Origin: Planctomycetota bacterium
GTDB taxonomy: Bacteria > Planctomycetota > B15-G4
Direction: 5' to 3'
Length of the DNA: 64,000 bases
Assembly (NCBI GenBank): GCA_038212275.1
Contig: JBBQUR010000024.1
Coordinates: forward strand, 1-64,000
Shown: in pieces, positions 20,235 through 29,790 of the stretch
How positions within the stretch are numbered: position 1 is the stretch's first letter
Layout of the letters: each line of letters starts with the position of its first letter
Program-made: the position numbers and the translations under genes
Notes under the pieces: generated by a model
Databases searched by the model: none
What the model saw: only the letters and a program-made list of their open reading frames with translations
Told to the model about the DNA's origin: nothing

Positions 20235-21530
20235 CTACCAGTCCGGCGCAGGGATTTCGCTCTTCGGCTGCTCCTCGCGCCGGATCGTGGCGCCAAGATT
20301 TCGCAGGCGCTCGTCGATGCGCTCGTAGCCGCGGTCGATGTGATAGACGCGGCGCACTTCGGTCTCGCCGTCCGCGACGAGGCCCGCGAGCACCAGCGCG
20401 GCGCTCGCGCGCAGGTCGCTGGCCATCACGGTGGCGCCGGAGAGCGTTTCCTTTCCGGCCACGATGGCCTGCGGCCCCTCCTTGCGGATGTCGGCGCCGA
20501 GGCGCAGCAGTTCGGCCACGTGCATGAAACGGTCCGGGAAGATGCGCTCGGTGATCACCGAGAGGCCGCGCGCGACCGTCATGGCGGTCATCACCTGCGC
20601 CTGCAGGTCGGTCGGGAAACCGGGATAGGGAAGCGTGGTCACGTCCACCGCGCGCAGCGGGCCGTCGGCGCGCGCGCGAATCCAGTCCGCACCGCGGTCG
20701 ACCTCCATGCCCATGTCCTTCAGCGTCTCGAGCACAATCGTGAACTGCGTCGGGTCGATGCCGTCGACGGTCACGTCGCCGCGCGTCATGCCGGCGCCCA
20801 CGAGGTAGGTGCCGGCCTCGATGCGGTCGCCGCTCATGGCGTGCTCCGCGCCGTGCAGCGATTCCACACCCTCGATGATCAGCTTGTGCCCGCCGACGCC
20901 GCTGATGTGCGCGCCCATCGAGATGAGCAGCCGGCACAGCTCGGTGACCTCGGGCTCCATCGCTGCGTTTTCCAGCGTCGTGAGGCCCTTCGCGAGGACC
21001 GCTCCCATGAGCACGTTGCCCGTGGCCAGCACGCTGGAGCCGAAGCGCGTGCCGAGAAACATGTCCGCGCCGTGCAGGCGCCTGCCGACCTCGCTCACGA
21101 GGTAGCCGCCGTCCACGCGGATGTCCGCGCCGAGCGCATTGAGGCCCTTGACGTGCTGGTCCACCGGGCGCACCCCGAAGACGCAGCCACCGGGCATCGA
21201 CACGCGCGCGGCCCCGCGCCGCGCCACCAGCGGCCCGAGCACGCACACCGAGGCCCGCATCGTGGACACGAGGTCGTACGCAGCCTCGACGCCGCCCTCG
21301 CCGCTGCCCTTGAGCACCAACGTGCTCCCGTCGCGCAGGACGCGCACGCCGAGGCGCTCGAGGATCTGCGCCATCGTGCGCACGTCGCGGAGGTCTGGCA
21401 CCCGGTGGATGACGACCTCGTCGTCGGTCAGCAGGGCGGCCGCCATGATCGGCAGCACGGCGTTCTTGCTGCCCGCCGCCGTGACACGACCTTCCAGCCG
21501 CGCACGGCCCGCAACGATGAGACGCTCCAC
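20235..21530 (-). CDS. murA: UDP-N-acetylglucosamine 1-carboxyvinyltransferase
   Basis: 'GSKNAVLPI', '[11 protein letters not shown]', '[14 protein letters not shown]' (active-site Cys kept), '[10 protein letters not shown]', 'HIDRGYE'; GGAGG before the GTG. Confidence 0.97.
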   Translation of the reverse strand: MERLIVAGRARLEGRVTAAGSKNAVLPIMAAALLTDDEVVIHRVPDLRDVRTMAQILERLGVRVLRDGSTLVLKGSGEGGVEAAYDLVSTMRASVCVLGPLVARRGAARVSMPGGCVFGVRPVDQHVKGLNALGADIRVDGGYLVSEVGRRLHGADMFLGTRFGSSVLATGNVLMGAVLAKGLTTLENAAMEPEVTELCRLLISMGAHISGVGGHKLIIEGVESLHGAEHAMSGDRIEAGTYLVGAGMTRGDVTVDGIDPTQFTIVLETLKDMGMEVDRGADWIRARADGPLRAVDVTTLPYPGFPTDLQAQVMTAMTVARGLSVITERIFPDRFMHVAELLRLGADIRKEGPQAIVAGKETLSGATVMASDLRASAALVLAGLVADGETEVRRVYHIDRGYERIDERLRNLGATIRREEQPKSEIPAPDW

Positions 21531-21642
21531 GTCACCTCCGAACCGCCCGCCGGACGGCCTGATCTCTCTGCCCGCCCCCCGCTGCTCGGGGCGCCGGGGC
21601 AGAGCCGGGGCGCCGTCGGGCCGAACCACCATCCGATCCGGC

Positions 21643-21671
21643 TTGACAGTGCCCTCGCCCAACCGAAGAAT
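21643..21671 (+). promoter_or_regulatory. Candidate sigma70-type promoter
   Basis: TTGACA-N17-AAGAAT upstream of the TPR-alphaCTD gene. Confidence 0.45.
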
Positions 21672-21728
21672 CGATGGTTTCGACAGCCCCTGCGGGATGG
21701 CGCAGGCGGAATGAGGTTAGGCCGCGGA

Positions 21729-21751
21729 CGGATCGCATTCAATGCGATCCG
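21729..21751. promoter_or_regulatory. Perfect 23-bp palindrome, candidate operator
   Basis: CGGATCGCATT-C-AATGCGATCCG: 11-bp arms, 1-bp centre, in the murA/alphaCTD divergent intergenic region. Confidence 0.55.
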
Positions 21752-21820
21752 ATCGCCGTTTCCGGACCTTTCCTCCGCCGTCCACACCGCGGGCGCACCC
21801 AGACTGAGGAAGACGACGCG

Positions 21821-23173
21821 ATGACCACGCAAGCCCCCGAGTCGACAAAGTCCGATTCCCGCAACTGGCTCGCGACGCTGCCGAACGACTGGCCCGCGTG
21901 GAAGGTCTTCGAGACCGAGGTCAACAAGACCAAGGGCGCGCGCGACAGCCTGCGCGATCACCTCGCGAAGAATCTCTCGGAGGAGAAGGACCGTCGCGCC
22001 GTGGGCCTCGGCCTCTTCGCCGCGGGCGAGCGCGCCGCCGCGCTGCCCCACCTGCAGTCGTGCGACGACCCGCTGAGCCGCCTGCTCGTCGGCTTCGCGC
22101 TGGATTCCGCAGGCCAGAGCAAGCAGGCGCTCGAGATCTGGGCCGGATTGCTGAAGACTCCGGGCATCGGCATCCGCGCGCGACTCGCGCGCATGGCCGT
22201 GATGTGCCGCCGCGGCGAGACCGATGCGCTTCAGAAGGATGTCGCCGCGCTGCGTGAGGCCTCCGCCTCGGCCGCCGACATCGCCTACGCGGAAGGCCTG
22301 CTCGCCGACGCCTCCGGAGATCGCGACGGTGCGAAGGCCAGCTGGCGCGTCTCGCTGCAGCACGATCCGAATCACGCCGACAGCCGCTTCCGCCTCGCCT
22401 ACCGCCTCGACCTCGATGGCGACGACGACGACGCGATGGCCCTGTACCGTGCCGGCCTCGACAACGGTGCGATGGTTCACGTCGGCACGCTCATCAATCT
22501 GGGCGTGCTCTACGAGGACCACGACCAGTACGACGCCGCCGCGCGCTGCTTCCGCGCGGCGCTCACGGCCGACCCGACCAACGCCCGCGCTCGCCGCTAC
22601 CTTGCGGACGCCGAGGCCAGCCGCCGCCAGTTCTACGATGAGACCCGCGAGCGCAAGGCCGATCTGCAGAACGCCGTGCTGCGCATCCCGGTGACGGACT
22701 TCGAGCTCTCCGTGCGCGCCCGCAATTGCCTGCAGCGCATGAACATCCACACGCTGGGCGACCTCATCTGCCGCACCGAGAGCGAACTGCTCTCCTTCAA
22801 GAACTTCGGCGAGACCAGCCTGCAGGAGGTCAAGGACATCCTGGCGCTGAAGAACCTGCGCCTCGGGATGGTCGCGCCGGGCAAGTCGGCCGGGCAGATC
22901 GTCGAGGACGCCCTCGCCGAGGACGACGAGGAGGACGTGGCAGCCGCGCCGGCCGCCGCCGCTCCCGGCGACATCCGCACCAAGCCGATTTCCGAACTCG
23001 ACCTGTCGGTGCGCTCGCGCGCCGCCTTGACGACGCTCGGCATCAACACCGTCGGAGAGCTGGCCGCGACGTCCGAGGACACCTTGCTCGCGTGCAAGAA
23101 CTTCGGGCAGACGTCGCTCGTCGAGATCAGGACCAAGCTCGAAGAGCTCGGTCTGTCGCTCGCCGCCACCTGA
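21821..23173 (+). CDS. TPR protein with two RNA polymerase alpha C-terminal domains
   Basis: TPR region then 'ELSVRARNCL..NI.TLGDL..TESELL.FKNFGETSL.EV' and 'DLSVRSRAAL..GI.TVGEL..SEDTLL.CKNFGQTSL.EI'; GAGGA RBS. Confidence 0.9.
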   Translation: MTTQAPESTKSDSRNWLATLPNDWPAWKVFETEVNKTKGARDSLRDHLAKNLSEEKDRRAVGLGLFAAGERAAALPHLQSCDDPLSRLLVGFALDSAGQSKQALEIWAGLLKTPGIGIRARLARMAVMCRRGETDALQKDVAALREASASAADIAYAEGLLADASGDRDGAKASWRVSLQHDPNHADSRFRLAYRLDLDGDDDDAMALYRAGLDNGAMVHVGTLINLGVLYEDHDQYDAAARCFRAALTADPTNARARRYLADAEASRRQFYDETRERKADLQNAVLRIPVTDFELSVRARNCLQRMNIHTLGDLICRTESELLSFKNFGETSLQEVKDILALKNLRLGMVAPGKSAGQIVEDALAEDDEEDVAAAPAAAAPGDIRTKPISELDLSVRSRAALTTLGINTVGELAATSEDTLLACKNFGQTSLVEIRTKLEELGLSLAAT

Positions 23174-23192
23174 GCCGGGCGCTGGCCCCGCG

Positions 23193-23837
23193 ATGTACGA
23201 CTTCCTCAGGGGCCGGCTGGTCGAACGCAACGCCGACGAGGTCGTGCTGGAATTGGGCGGCGTCGGCTGGCGCCTCATGGTGTCGGGCGCGACGGCGTCC
23301 CACCTGCCGGCCGCGGGCGCGCCGACCGAGGTCACGCTCTACGTGCACGACATGCTCAAGGATGAGCGCTTCGTGCTCTACGGCTTCGGGAGTCGCGAGG
23401 AACGAGCGCTTTTCCTGCGCCTGCTGGGCGTGAGCCGCATCGGACCGGGCATCGCGCTCACGCTGTTGACCTCGCTCAAGCCGGGAGAACTCGCCGCGGC
23501 GGTGGAGTCGGGCGACGCGCGAGCCCTCGCGCGGGTGAAGGGCGTCGGTCAACGCACCGCCGAGCGCCTGTGCGTCGAGTTGCGCGGACGCCTGGCCGAC
23601 ATCGGGCCGCTGCCGGGCGCGCCGGTCGGGACCGTCGGCGGCGACCTGCGCGCCGCGGTCACCTCCGCGCTGGTGGCGCTGGGCTACCAGCGCAGCGCCG
23701 CTCAGCGAGTCGCCGACACGGTGTGCGCGCGCACGCCCGGATCCGCGGCCGCGGGCCCCGCCCCGCTGGAAGAACTGGTCAAGCGCGCGTTGCGCGAGCT
23801 TGCCTCAGCGCCAGCAGCTGCAGATCCGCTCGGGTGA
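23193..23837 (+). CDS. ruvA: Holliday junction branch migration protein RuvA
   Basis: 'MYDFLRGRL', 'LYGF..EERALF..LLGVSRIGP', 'VKGVG.RTAERL..EL', 'ALVALGY'. Confidence 0.95.
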   Translation: MYDFLRGRLVERNADEVVLELGGVGWRLMVSGATASHLPAAGAPTEVTLYVHDMLKDERFVLYGFGSREERALFLRLLGVSRIGPGIALTLLTSLKPGELAAAVESGDARALARVKGVGQRTAERLCVELRGRLADIGPLPGAPVGTVGGDLRAAVTSALVALGYQRSAAQRVADTVCARTPGSAAAGPAPLEELVKRALRELASAPAAADPLG

Positions 23838-25647
23838 CCCCGGGCAGGCGGCTGGCCTGGCCGAGGTCGGCCGGCCGCACGCGCGCCAGCACCTCGCGCG
23901 CCTCGCGGCCGAGCGCATCGAGCGACGAGTAGTCGAGCGATTCCGGCAGCGGTACGGCCTCCAGTTCCAGCATGCGCTGCAGCAGCCGTTCGTGGCGCTG
24001 CACGTAGCCCGCGTAGAGCACGTCCAGCTCGATCTGCTCGGCCTCGCTCTCCGTGAGCGCCGGCGGAGATGTCTCCTCCGCCATCACGTCCGCGAGGCGC
24101 TGCCCGGCGCGCACGCGTCGACGCCGGTTGGCGTCCGCGTGCCCGAGCCACTCCTCTCCCGCGGCGATGGCCGACTCCCGCAGCGCGTGCGCTGCCCACT
24201 CATGCGGCGCGAGCAGACCGAGACCCTGCGCGAGCGGCATGAGCCGGCGGTCCGCGTTGTCCTGGCGCAGCACGAGGCGATGCTCGGCGCGCGACGTGAA
24301 CATGCGGTAGGGCTCGGTCGGACTGCTCGTGACGAGATCGTCGACGAGCACGCCGATGTAGGCCTGGTCGCGCCGCAGCACGACGCCCGGCGCGCCTGCG
24401 AGCAGTCGCGCCGCGTTGATTCCCGCCATGAGGCCCTGCGCTGCGGCCTCTTCGTAGCCGCTCGTGCCGTTGATCTGCCCGGCGAGGAAAAGGCCGGGCA
24501 GCGCTCGGCACTCCAGCGTCGAGCGGAGCTGAAAGGCCGGCACCGCGTCGTACTCCACCGCGTAGCCGGGGCGCAGCAGGCGCGCGCCCGCCAGTCCGGG
24601 AATGCTGCGCACGATCTCCGTCTGCACCGGCAACGGAAGGCAGTTGGAAATGCCGTTGAGATACAGCGAGTCGCCGGCGGCCGTCTCGCGCTCGACGAAG
24701 ATGCGATGGCTCGTGCGCTCGGGAAAGCGCGCCACCTTGTCTTCCAGCGACGGGCAATAGCGCGGGCCCTTGCCCTGCAGCGCGCCGCGGCCGTAGGGCG
24801 AGAGATGCATCGACGCGCGGACGAGATCGTGCGTCGCCTCCGTCGTCGCGGTGCACCATGTCGGCACGGATCGCCGGCCGGCCGGCGGCATCACGCGGAA
24901 GGAGAAGCGTCCGCTGTCAGGCGCGCATTCCAGCGGCGGCAGCGCCGACAGGTCGACGGAGCGACGGTCCACGCGCGGAGGCGTTCCGGTTTTCAGGCGC
25001 ACGAGTTCCAGGCCGAGCGCCGTGAGCGCGGCGGACAGCTCGCGCGCAGGCGCCTCCCCCACGCGTCCGCCCGCCGAGACCTGCTCGCCGACGTGCATGA
25101 GCCCGCGCAGGAAAGTCCCGGTGGTCAGCACGCAGGCCTCGGCCAGGACCTCGCTGCCATCGGTGAGGCGCACGCCGGCACAGCGCCCCGAGCGGACGAC
25201 GAAGGACGCCACCTGCCCACCCACCACCGTGAGGCCGGGCGTCGCGGCGACCGCCTGCCGCACGAAGGAGGCGTAGGCTTCCTTGTCCACCTGCGCGCGC
25301 GGACTCTGCACGGCCGGCCCCTTGCGGGTGTTGAGCATGCGGAACTGCATCGCGCTGGCGTCCGCAGCGACCCCCATGAGGCCGCCCAGCGCGTCCACTT
25401 CGCGCACGAGCTGGCCCTTGGCCAGTCCTCCCACCGCAGGGTTGCAGCTCATGCGGCCGATGGCGGCGGGATCGAGCGTGATCATCGTCACTGCCGCGCC
25501 GAGGCGGCAGGCGGCGAGCGCAGCTTCCACCGCAGCGTGACCGCCACCCACGACGATCAGTGCGCGCCCGCCCGCGCCTGCCCCGTCCCCAGGCGTCGAC
25601 CCGTGCGTTGGGCCTGGCTCGCGATGGACTGGCGCGCTCTCGTGCAT
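23779..25647 (-). CDS. mnmG: tRNA uridine-5-carboxymethylaminomethyl modification enzyme
   Basis: 'VVGGGHA', 'MSCNPAVGG', 'KTGTPPR', 'GPRYCPSLEDK', 'GQINGTSGYEEAAAQG', 'EPYRMFTSRAE'. Confidence 0.97.
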   Translation of the reverse strand: MHESAPVHREPGPTHGSTPGDGAGAGGRALIVVGGGHAAVEAALAACRLGAAVTMITLDPAAIGRMSCNPAVGGLAKGQLVREVDALGGLMGVAADASAMQFRMLNTRKGPAVQSPRAQVDKEAYASFVRQAVAATPGLTVVGGQVASFVVRSGRCAGVRLTDGSEVLAEACVLTTGTFLRGLMHVGEQVSAGGRVGEAPARELSAALTALGLELVRLKTGTPPRVDRRSVDLSALPPLECAPDSGRFSFRVMPPAGRRSVPTWCTATTEATHDLVRASMHLSPYGRGALQGKGPRYCPSLEDKVARFPERTSHRIFVERETAAGDSLYLNGISNCLPLPVQTEIVRSIPGLAGARLLRPGYAVEYDAVPAFQLRSTLECRALPGLFLAGQINGTSGYEEAAAQGLMAGINAARLLAGAPGVVLRRDQAYIGVLVDDLVTSSPTEPYRMFTSRAEHRLVLRQDNADRRLMPLAQGLGLLAPHEWAAHALRESAIAAGEEWLGHADANRRRRVRAGQRLADVMAEETSPPALTESEAEQIELDVLYAGYVQRHERLLQRMLELEAVPLPESLDYSSLDALGREAREVLARVRPADLGQASRLPGVTRADLQLLALRQARATRA

Positions 25648-25734
25648 TGCGCCATTGTAGGAATGGCCGGACCGCCGCAAGCCACCCGACCCTGCCCCGC
25701 CCGCCACGGACACACTTTCAAGGAGCCCGCACGC

Positions 25735-26730
25735 ATGCCGGCAGCCACCTCGCCGCTCTTGTCCGCACAGGGACTGTCGTTGCGCGCCGGGACACGCCCG
25801 CTGGCGGATGACCTCTCCTTCGAACTCGCGGCCGGCGAGCGCCTGCTGGTGGTCGGGCCCAACGGAAGCGGCAAGTCCACCTTGCTGCGCGCGCTGGCCG
25901 GGCTCGGAAAGCCCGCAGGCGGATCCATCACGAGGCCTGACTCGCCGCCCGGCATGCTGTTTCAGGACGGCGCGCTCTGGCCGCACCTCACCGTCGAGGA
26001 GCACCTGGCCTTCGTGGATCGCGGCGCCCACGGCAGCTGGCGGGAGCACCTGCTGGACACGCTGCGCCTCGTCACGCTGCGGCGCGCGAAGCCGGAGCAT
26101 CTGTCCGGCGGCGAACGCGTTCGCCTCGGCCTGGCCCGCGCGCTGGCTGCGCGTCCCGCGTGGGTGCTCCTCGACGAGCCGCTCGCCGCGCTGGATGCCT
26201 TCTTCGCCGACCTGCTGCACGGCTTTCTCCCGCACACGCTCGACGAACTTGGCGCCGCGGCCGTCATCATCTCGCACGAGGTCGATTGCATGGCGCTGCT
26301 CGGCAGCCGCGTGCTGTGTCTGTCGGGCACGGGGCCGTGGTGGCTGGGCGACACGGCGACGGCGCTCGTGTCGCCGCCGACGCCGCTGCTCGCGGCTCTG
26401 GCCCGCAACGGCACGGTGCTTGCCGCCGTCGCCGACGCCCGGGGACAGGCGAGCTTCGGCGCAGGCATCACGCTGCAGGGCCGCACCTCGGGAGAGGAAT
26501 GCTGGGTGTTTCTCGACGGCTGCCAGCTCTCGCTCGACGCGAGCGGCCAGGGCCTGGCGGGCGTCTGGGTGGCCGACGACCCGCGCGGCGGCGGCTGGGT
26601 CTCCGTGGACAAACGCCTGCTGCGCTGTCCGCAGGTGACGACACAGCCTGCACGAGGCAGCGCCATTTCGCTGGCCATCCGCGGACCGGCGCGCGTCCTG
26701 CGTACCGATGGCGTGCGAGGTGACGCATGA
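25735..26730 (+). CDS. ABC transporter ATP-binding protein
   Basis: Walker A GPNGSGKST, signature LSGGE, Walker B VLLDEP, H-loop ISHE. Confidence 0.9.
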   Translation: MPAATSPLLSAQGLSLRAGTRPLADDLSFELAAGERLLVVGPNGSGKSTLLRALAGLGKPAGGSITRPDSPPGMLFQDGALWPHLTVEEHLAFVDRGAHGSWREHLLDTLRLVTLRRAKPEHLSGGERVRLGLARALAARPAWVLLDEPLAALDAFFADLLHGFLPHTLDELGAAAVIISHEVDCMALLGSRVLCLSGTGPWWLGDTATALVSPPTPLLAALARNGTVLAAVADARGQASFGAGITLQGRTSGEECWVFLDGCQLSLDASGQGLAGVWVADDPRGGGWVSVDKRLLRCPQVTTQPARGSAISLAIRGPARVLRTDGVRGDA

Positions 26731-27854
26731 AGGCGCGCGCGCTGGCCGGCCTGACGCTCGTCGCGCTGCTCGGCGGCGGGCTGTGGTGGTTGTCGCAACG
26801 CGCGGCGGCTCCGGACGCAGGGCGTGACGGCACGGCGTCCGCGAACGCCGGCGCCGGCAACGTCTCCGTCGCGGGCTCGCCGGGGAGTTCTCCGGCGGCC
26901 TCGGCGAGCGGCGGCTTCGTTGCGGGCGGGCCGGCCACCTGCCTGCCGTGCCACGCGGAGGTGGTGGCTGAGTGGCAGGCGTCGATGCACAGCCGGGCCT
27001 TCACGGACCCGCAGGTGCGAGCCCCGGACCAGTCGGACAACTTCCAGAAGCAGGAGTGCCTTCCGTGCCACGCGAGCCGGCCGGTCTTCGAGCACGGCAT
27101 CGCGCAGGACACTCGCGTGCTGGCCCGCGTCGAGCGACGCTCGGACGGCATCGACTGCCTCTCGTGCCACGCGCTGCCCGGTGGCGAGGTCGCCGCAACG
27201 CGCTCCGGGCTTCAGGCGCCGTGCCGGCCGGCACTGCGCACGGAACTGTCCACGCAGCAGATGTGCGCTGCCTGTCACAACCAGCACAACACGCACGACG
27301 AGTGGCGCGCCTCGCCGGCTGCGGTCGCCGGCAAGGACTGCCTGGACTGTCACATGGTGCGCACGGTGCGCAACGGCTCGGAGGCCGGTGCGCCGCGGGC
27401 AGGCCGGCACCATGGCTTCCCCGGCGGACGTGACCGCGACTTCGTCCTGCCGGGCATCTCGCTGGACGGACAGATCGTCGGCGACGAGAAGCTGCTGCGC
27501 GTCACGCTGGGCAACGACTTCGCGGGGCACAACCTGCCCACCGACTCGCGCAATCGCGCGCTCGACCTCGTGGTCACTCTCTTCGATGCACGCGGAACCG
27601 CGCTGAAGCCGCCCGCCGGCGAGGTGCGCGAACCCGGATGCGAGACCGGCACGGCGCGTCGTCGCTTCCGCAATCCTTACCGCGCCTCGGGCGATCCCAA
27701 CACGCAACTTCCCGCCGGCGAGAAGGCCGTGCTCGACGTGCCCCTGCCCGACGACGCCGTTCGTGCGGTGGTCGAGCTCTACTACAAGCTGTCGCCCTGG
27801 GTGCCCGACAAGGAAGCCTTCTGGACGCAGCGACTGGAGATCGCGCTGCACTGA
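26727..27854 (+). CDS. Membrane-anchored pentaheme c-type cytochrome (c554-like)
   Basis: Five CxxCH motifs (CLPCH, CLPCH, CLSCH, CAACH, CLDCH), 'EW..S.H' and 'GHNLPT' motifs, N-terminal hydrophobic segment. Confidence 0.9.
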   Translation: MKARALAGLTLVALLGGGLWWLSQRAAAPDAGRDGTASANAGAGNVSVAGSPGSSPAASASGGFVAGGPATCLPCHAEVVAEWQASMHSRAFTDPQVRAPDQSDNFQKQECLPCHASRPVFEHGIAQDTRVLARVERRSDGIDCLSCHALPGGEVAATRSGLQAPCRPALRTELSTQQMCAACHNQHNTHDEWRASPAAVAGKDCLDCHMVRTVRNGSEAGAPRAGRHHGFPGGRDRDFVLPGISLDGQIVGDEKLLRVTLGNDFAGHNLPTDSRNRALDLVVTLFDARGTALKPPAGEVREPGCETGTARRRFRNPYRASGDPNTQLPAGEKAVLDVPLPDDAVRAVVELYYKLSPWVPDKEAFWTQRLEIALH

Positions 27855-27879
27855 CGCAGCGGCAGGGCGCGCAGCTCGA

Positions 27880-27908
27880 TTGAACGCACGCGTCACGCGG
27901 CCTAGCAT
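27880..27908 (+). promoter_or_regulatory. Candidate sigma70-type promoter
   Basis: TTGAAC-N17-TAGCAT upstream of the YoaK-family gene. Confidence 0.4.
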
Positions 27909-27969
27909 GCCGCTGAACATGTCGTGAGGGACTCGTGCTCTTCACCGTCGATCGCCGCCGCGCCCTCCG

Positions 27970-28638
27970 ATGATCTCGCGGCTGCCGCGATGGGTCTGGG
28001 CCGGCGGATGGATGCTCGCCTTCATCGCCGGCATGTTGAACGTCACGGCCTTCCTCGGCTTCGAGCACCACACCGTCAGCCACCTGACCGGGGCCAGTTC
28101 GATGCTCGGCGCGGCCCTCGCCGCGCGTGATCTCGCGGCCGCCGGGCACTTCGCCGCCACCATCGCGGCCTTCGTCGCGGGCACGGTGGTCAGCGGGCTG
28201 CTCATCCAGGACAGCACGCTCACGCTCGGCCGACGCTACGGCCTGGCACTCATCCTCGAGTCGGGGCTGCTGGTCCTGGCCATGTTCCTGCTCGAGCGGC
28301 AGTCATCGGCGGGTTACTACCTCGTCGCAGGTGCGTGCGGCCTGCAGAACGCGATGGCCACCACGTACAGCGGCGCCGTCGTGCGCACGACGCACGTGTC
28401 GGGCATGTTCACCGACCTGGGCATCGCCATCGGCCACGCGCTGCGCGGGGTGCCGGTGGAGATGAGACGCCTGCGCCTGTGCTGCGTCATCATCTCGGCC
28501 TTCCTGTGCGGCAGCATCGCCGGCGCGCTGGGATTCCAGCGGCTCGGCTACGACGCACTGCTCATCCCGGCCGCCATGACCGGCGTCTCGGGCGTCGCCT
28601 ACGCCATCTACCGCATCCGCAGGCTGCGCGCAGCCTGA
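27970..28638 (+). CDS. YoaK (DUF1275) family membrane protein
   Basis: 'LAFIAGMLN', 'SHLTG', 'ACGLQNA', 'RTTHVSGMFTDLG'. Confidence 0.9.
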   Translation: MISRLPRWVWAGGWMLAFIAGMLNVTAFLGFEHHTVSHLTGASSMLGAALAARDLAAAGHFAATIAAFVAGTVVSGLLIQDSTLTLGRRYGLALILESGLLVLAMFLLERQSSAGYYLVAGACGLQNAMATTYSGAVVRTTHVSGMFTDLGIAIGHALRGVPVEMRRLRLCCVIISAFLCGSIAGALGFQRLGYDALLIPAAMTGVSGVAYAIYRIRRLRAA

Positions 28639-28692
28639 CCGGCCGGGCGCAAGAGTCCGCGCGGCTGCCGAGTGCTGCGACGACGCTCGCTC

Positions 28693-29790
28693 TCAGTTGC
28701 GGAAGCCGCGCAGCAGCGTGTCGGTGCCGCTGCGCGTGATGCGGCAGTCGCGCAGCGCCAGCGCACGCGCCACCTCGTGCGGCGACAGGCTGGCCAGGGC
28801 CATGCCTTCGACCGCGGACATCGCGTGCGGTCCGAGCTGCTGCGGTGCCATGAAGATGGCCGCCTGGTCCACGAGGTCGGCTGCAAGGCATGTCGCCAGC
28901 GTGTGCCCGCCGCCTTCCACCATCACGCGCTGACAGCCCTGCGCGCGCAGCATCGTGAAGACGCCGGCCAGCCAGTCGGGGCCGCGCGGCACGCGGAACA
29001 CGGACACGCACTCGGCTTCGAGCGCGGCCTGGATCGCCTCGCTGGCATCGTCGGCGCAGAAGACCCACGTCGGCACCTCGTCCGCGGTGGCGATGAGCCG
29101 GCAGCCGAAGGGCATGCGCAGGGACGGGTCCAGCACCGCGCGGCGCAGCGGCCTCGCCGGGTGGCGCACTCCGCGCGTCGTGAGCAGCGGGTCGTCGGCC
29201 ACCACGGTGTTCACGCCGACGACGAGCGCGTCGACGTGCGCACGCCAGCGGTGCAGCAGGTCCGTCGACTGACGGCAGCTGATCTGCACGCGCCCGCCCC
29301 CGGCCGGCGCGATGGCTCCGTCCCGCGTCATCGCCCACTTCGCGACGACGTGCGGGCGACGGCTGGCGTGGCCGCGCCGGAAGCGCTCCAGCAGCAGCTG
29401 TGCTTCGGGCAATTCATGCAGGTCCACCGTGAGGCCTGCGGCGAGGAGCTGCTGCAGGCCGCGGCCCTGGTGGCGCGGGTCCGGGTCCGCGCTGCCGACG
29501 AGGACGCGCGCGACGCCCGCCGCCAGGATCGCGGCGGTGCATGGCCCGGTCTTGCCGGTGGTGCTGCAGGGTTCGAGCGTGACCGCGATCGTCGCGCCGC
29601 GCGCGCGACTTCCGGCGCGCGCCAGGGCGTCGATCTCCGCGTGAGGACCTCCGAAGGCGCGGTGGTAGCCCTCGCCGAGCACGACGCCGTCGCGGTACAC
29701 GATCGCCCCCACCATGGGATTGGGCTCGACGTCGAAGGCCCCGCGCCGCGCCAGCGCGCAGGCCCGCAGCAGCGCCTCGTGATCGTTCAC
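28693..29790 (-). CDS. ribD: Riboflavin biosynthesis deaminase/reductase
   Basis: 'PNPMVGA', 'HAE', 'TLEPC..GKTGPC', 'DDPLLTTR', 'VMVEGG'; GTG overlaps the miaB stop. Confidence 0.95.
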   Translation of the reverse strand: MNDHEALLRACALARRGAFDVEPNPMVGAIVYRDGVVLGEGYHRAFGGPHAEIDALARAGSRARGATIAVTLEPCSTTGKTGPCTAAILAAGVARVLVGSADPDPRHQGRGLQQLLAAGLTVDLHELPEAQLLLERFRRGHASRRPHVVAKWAMTRDGAIAPAGGGRVQISCRQSTDLLHRWRAHVDALVVGVNTVVADDPLLTTRGVRHPARPLRRAVLDPSLRMPFGCRLIATADEVPTWVFCADDASEAIQAALEAECVSVFRVPRGPDWLAGVFTMLRAQGCQRVMVEGGGHTLATCLAADLVDQAAIFMAPQQLGPHAMSAVEGMALASLSPHEVARALALRDCRITRSGTDTLLRGFRN

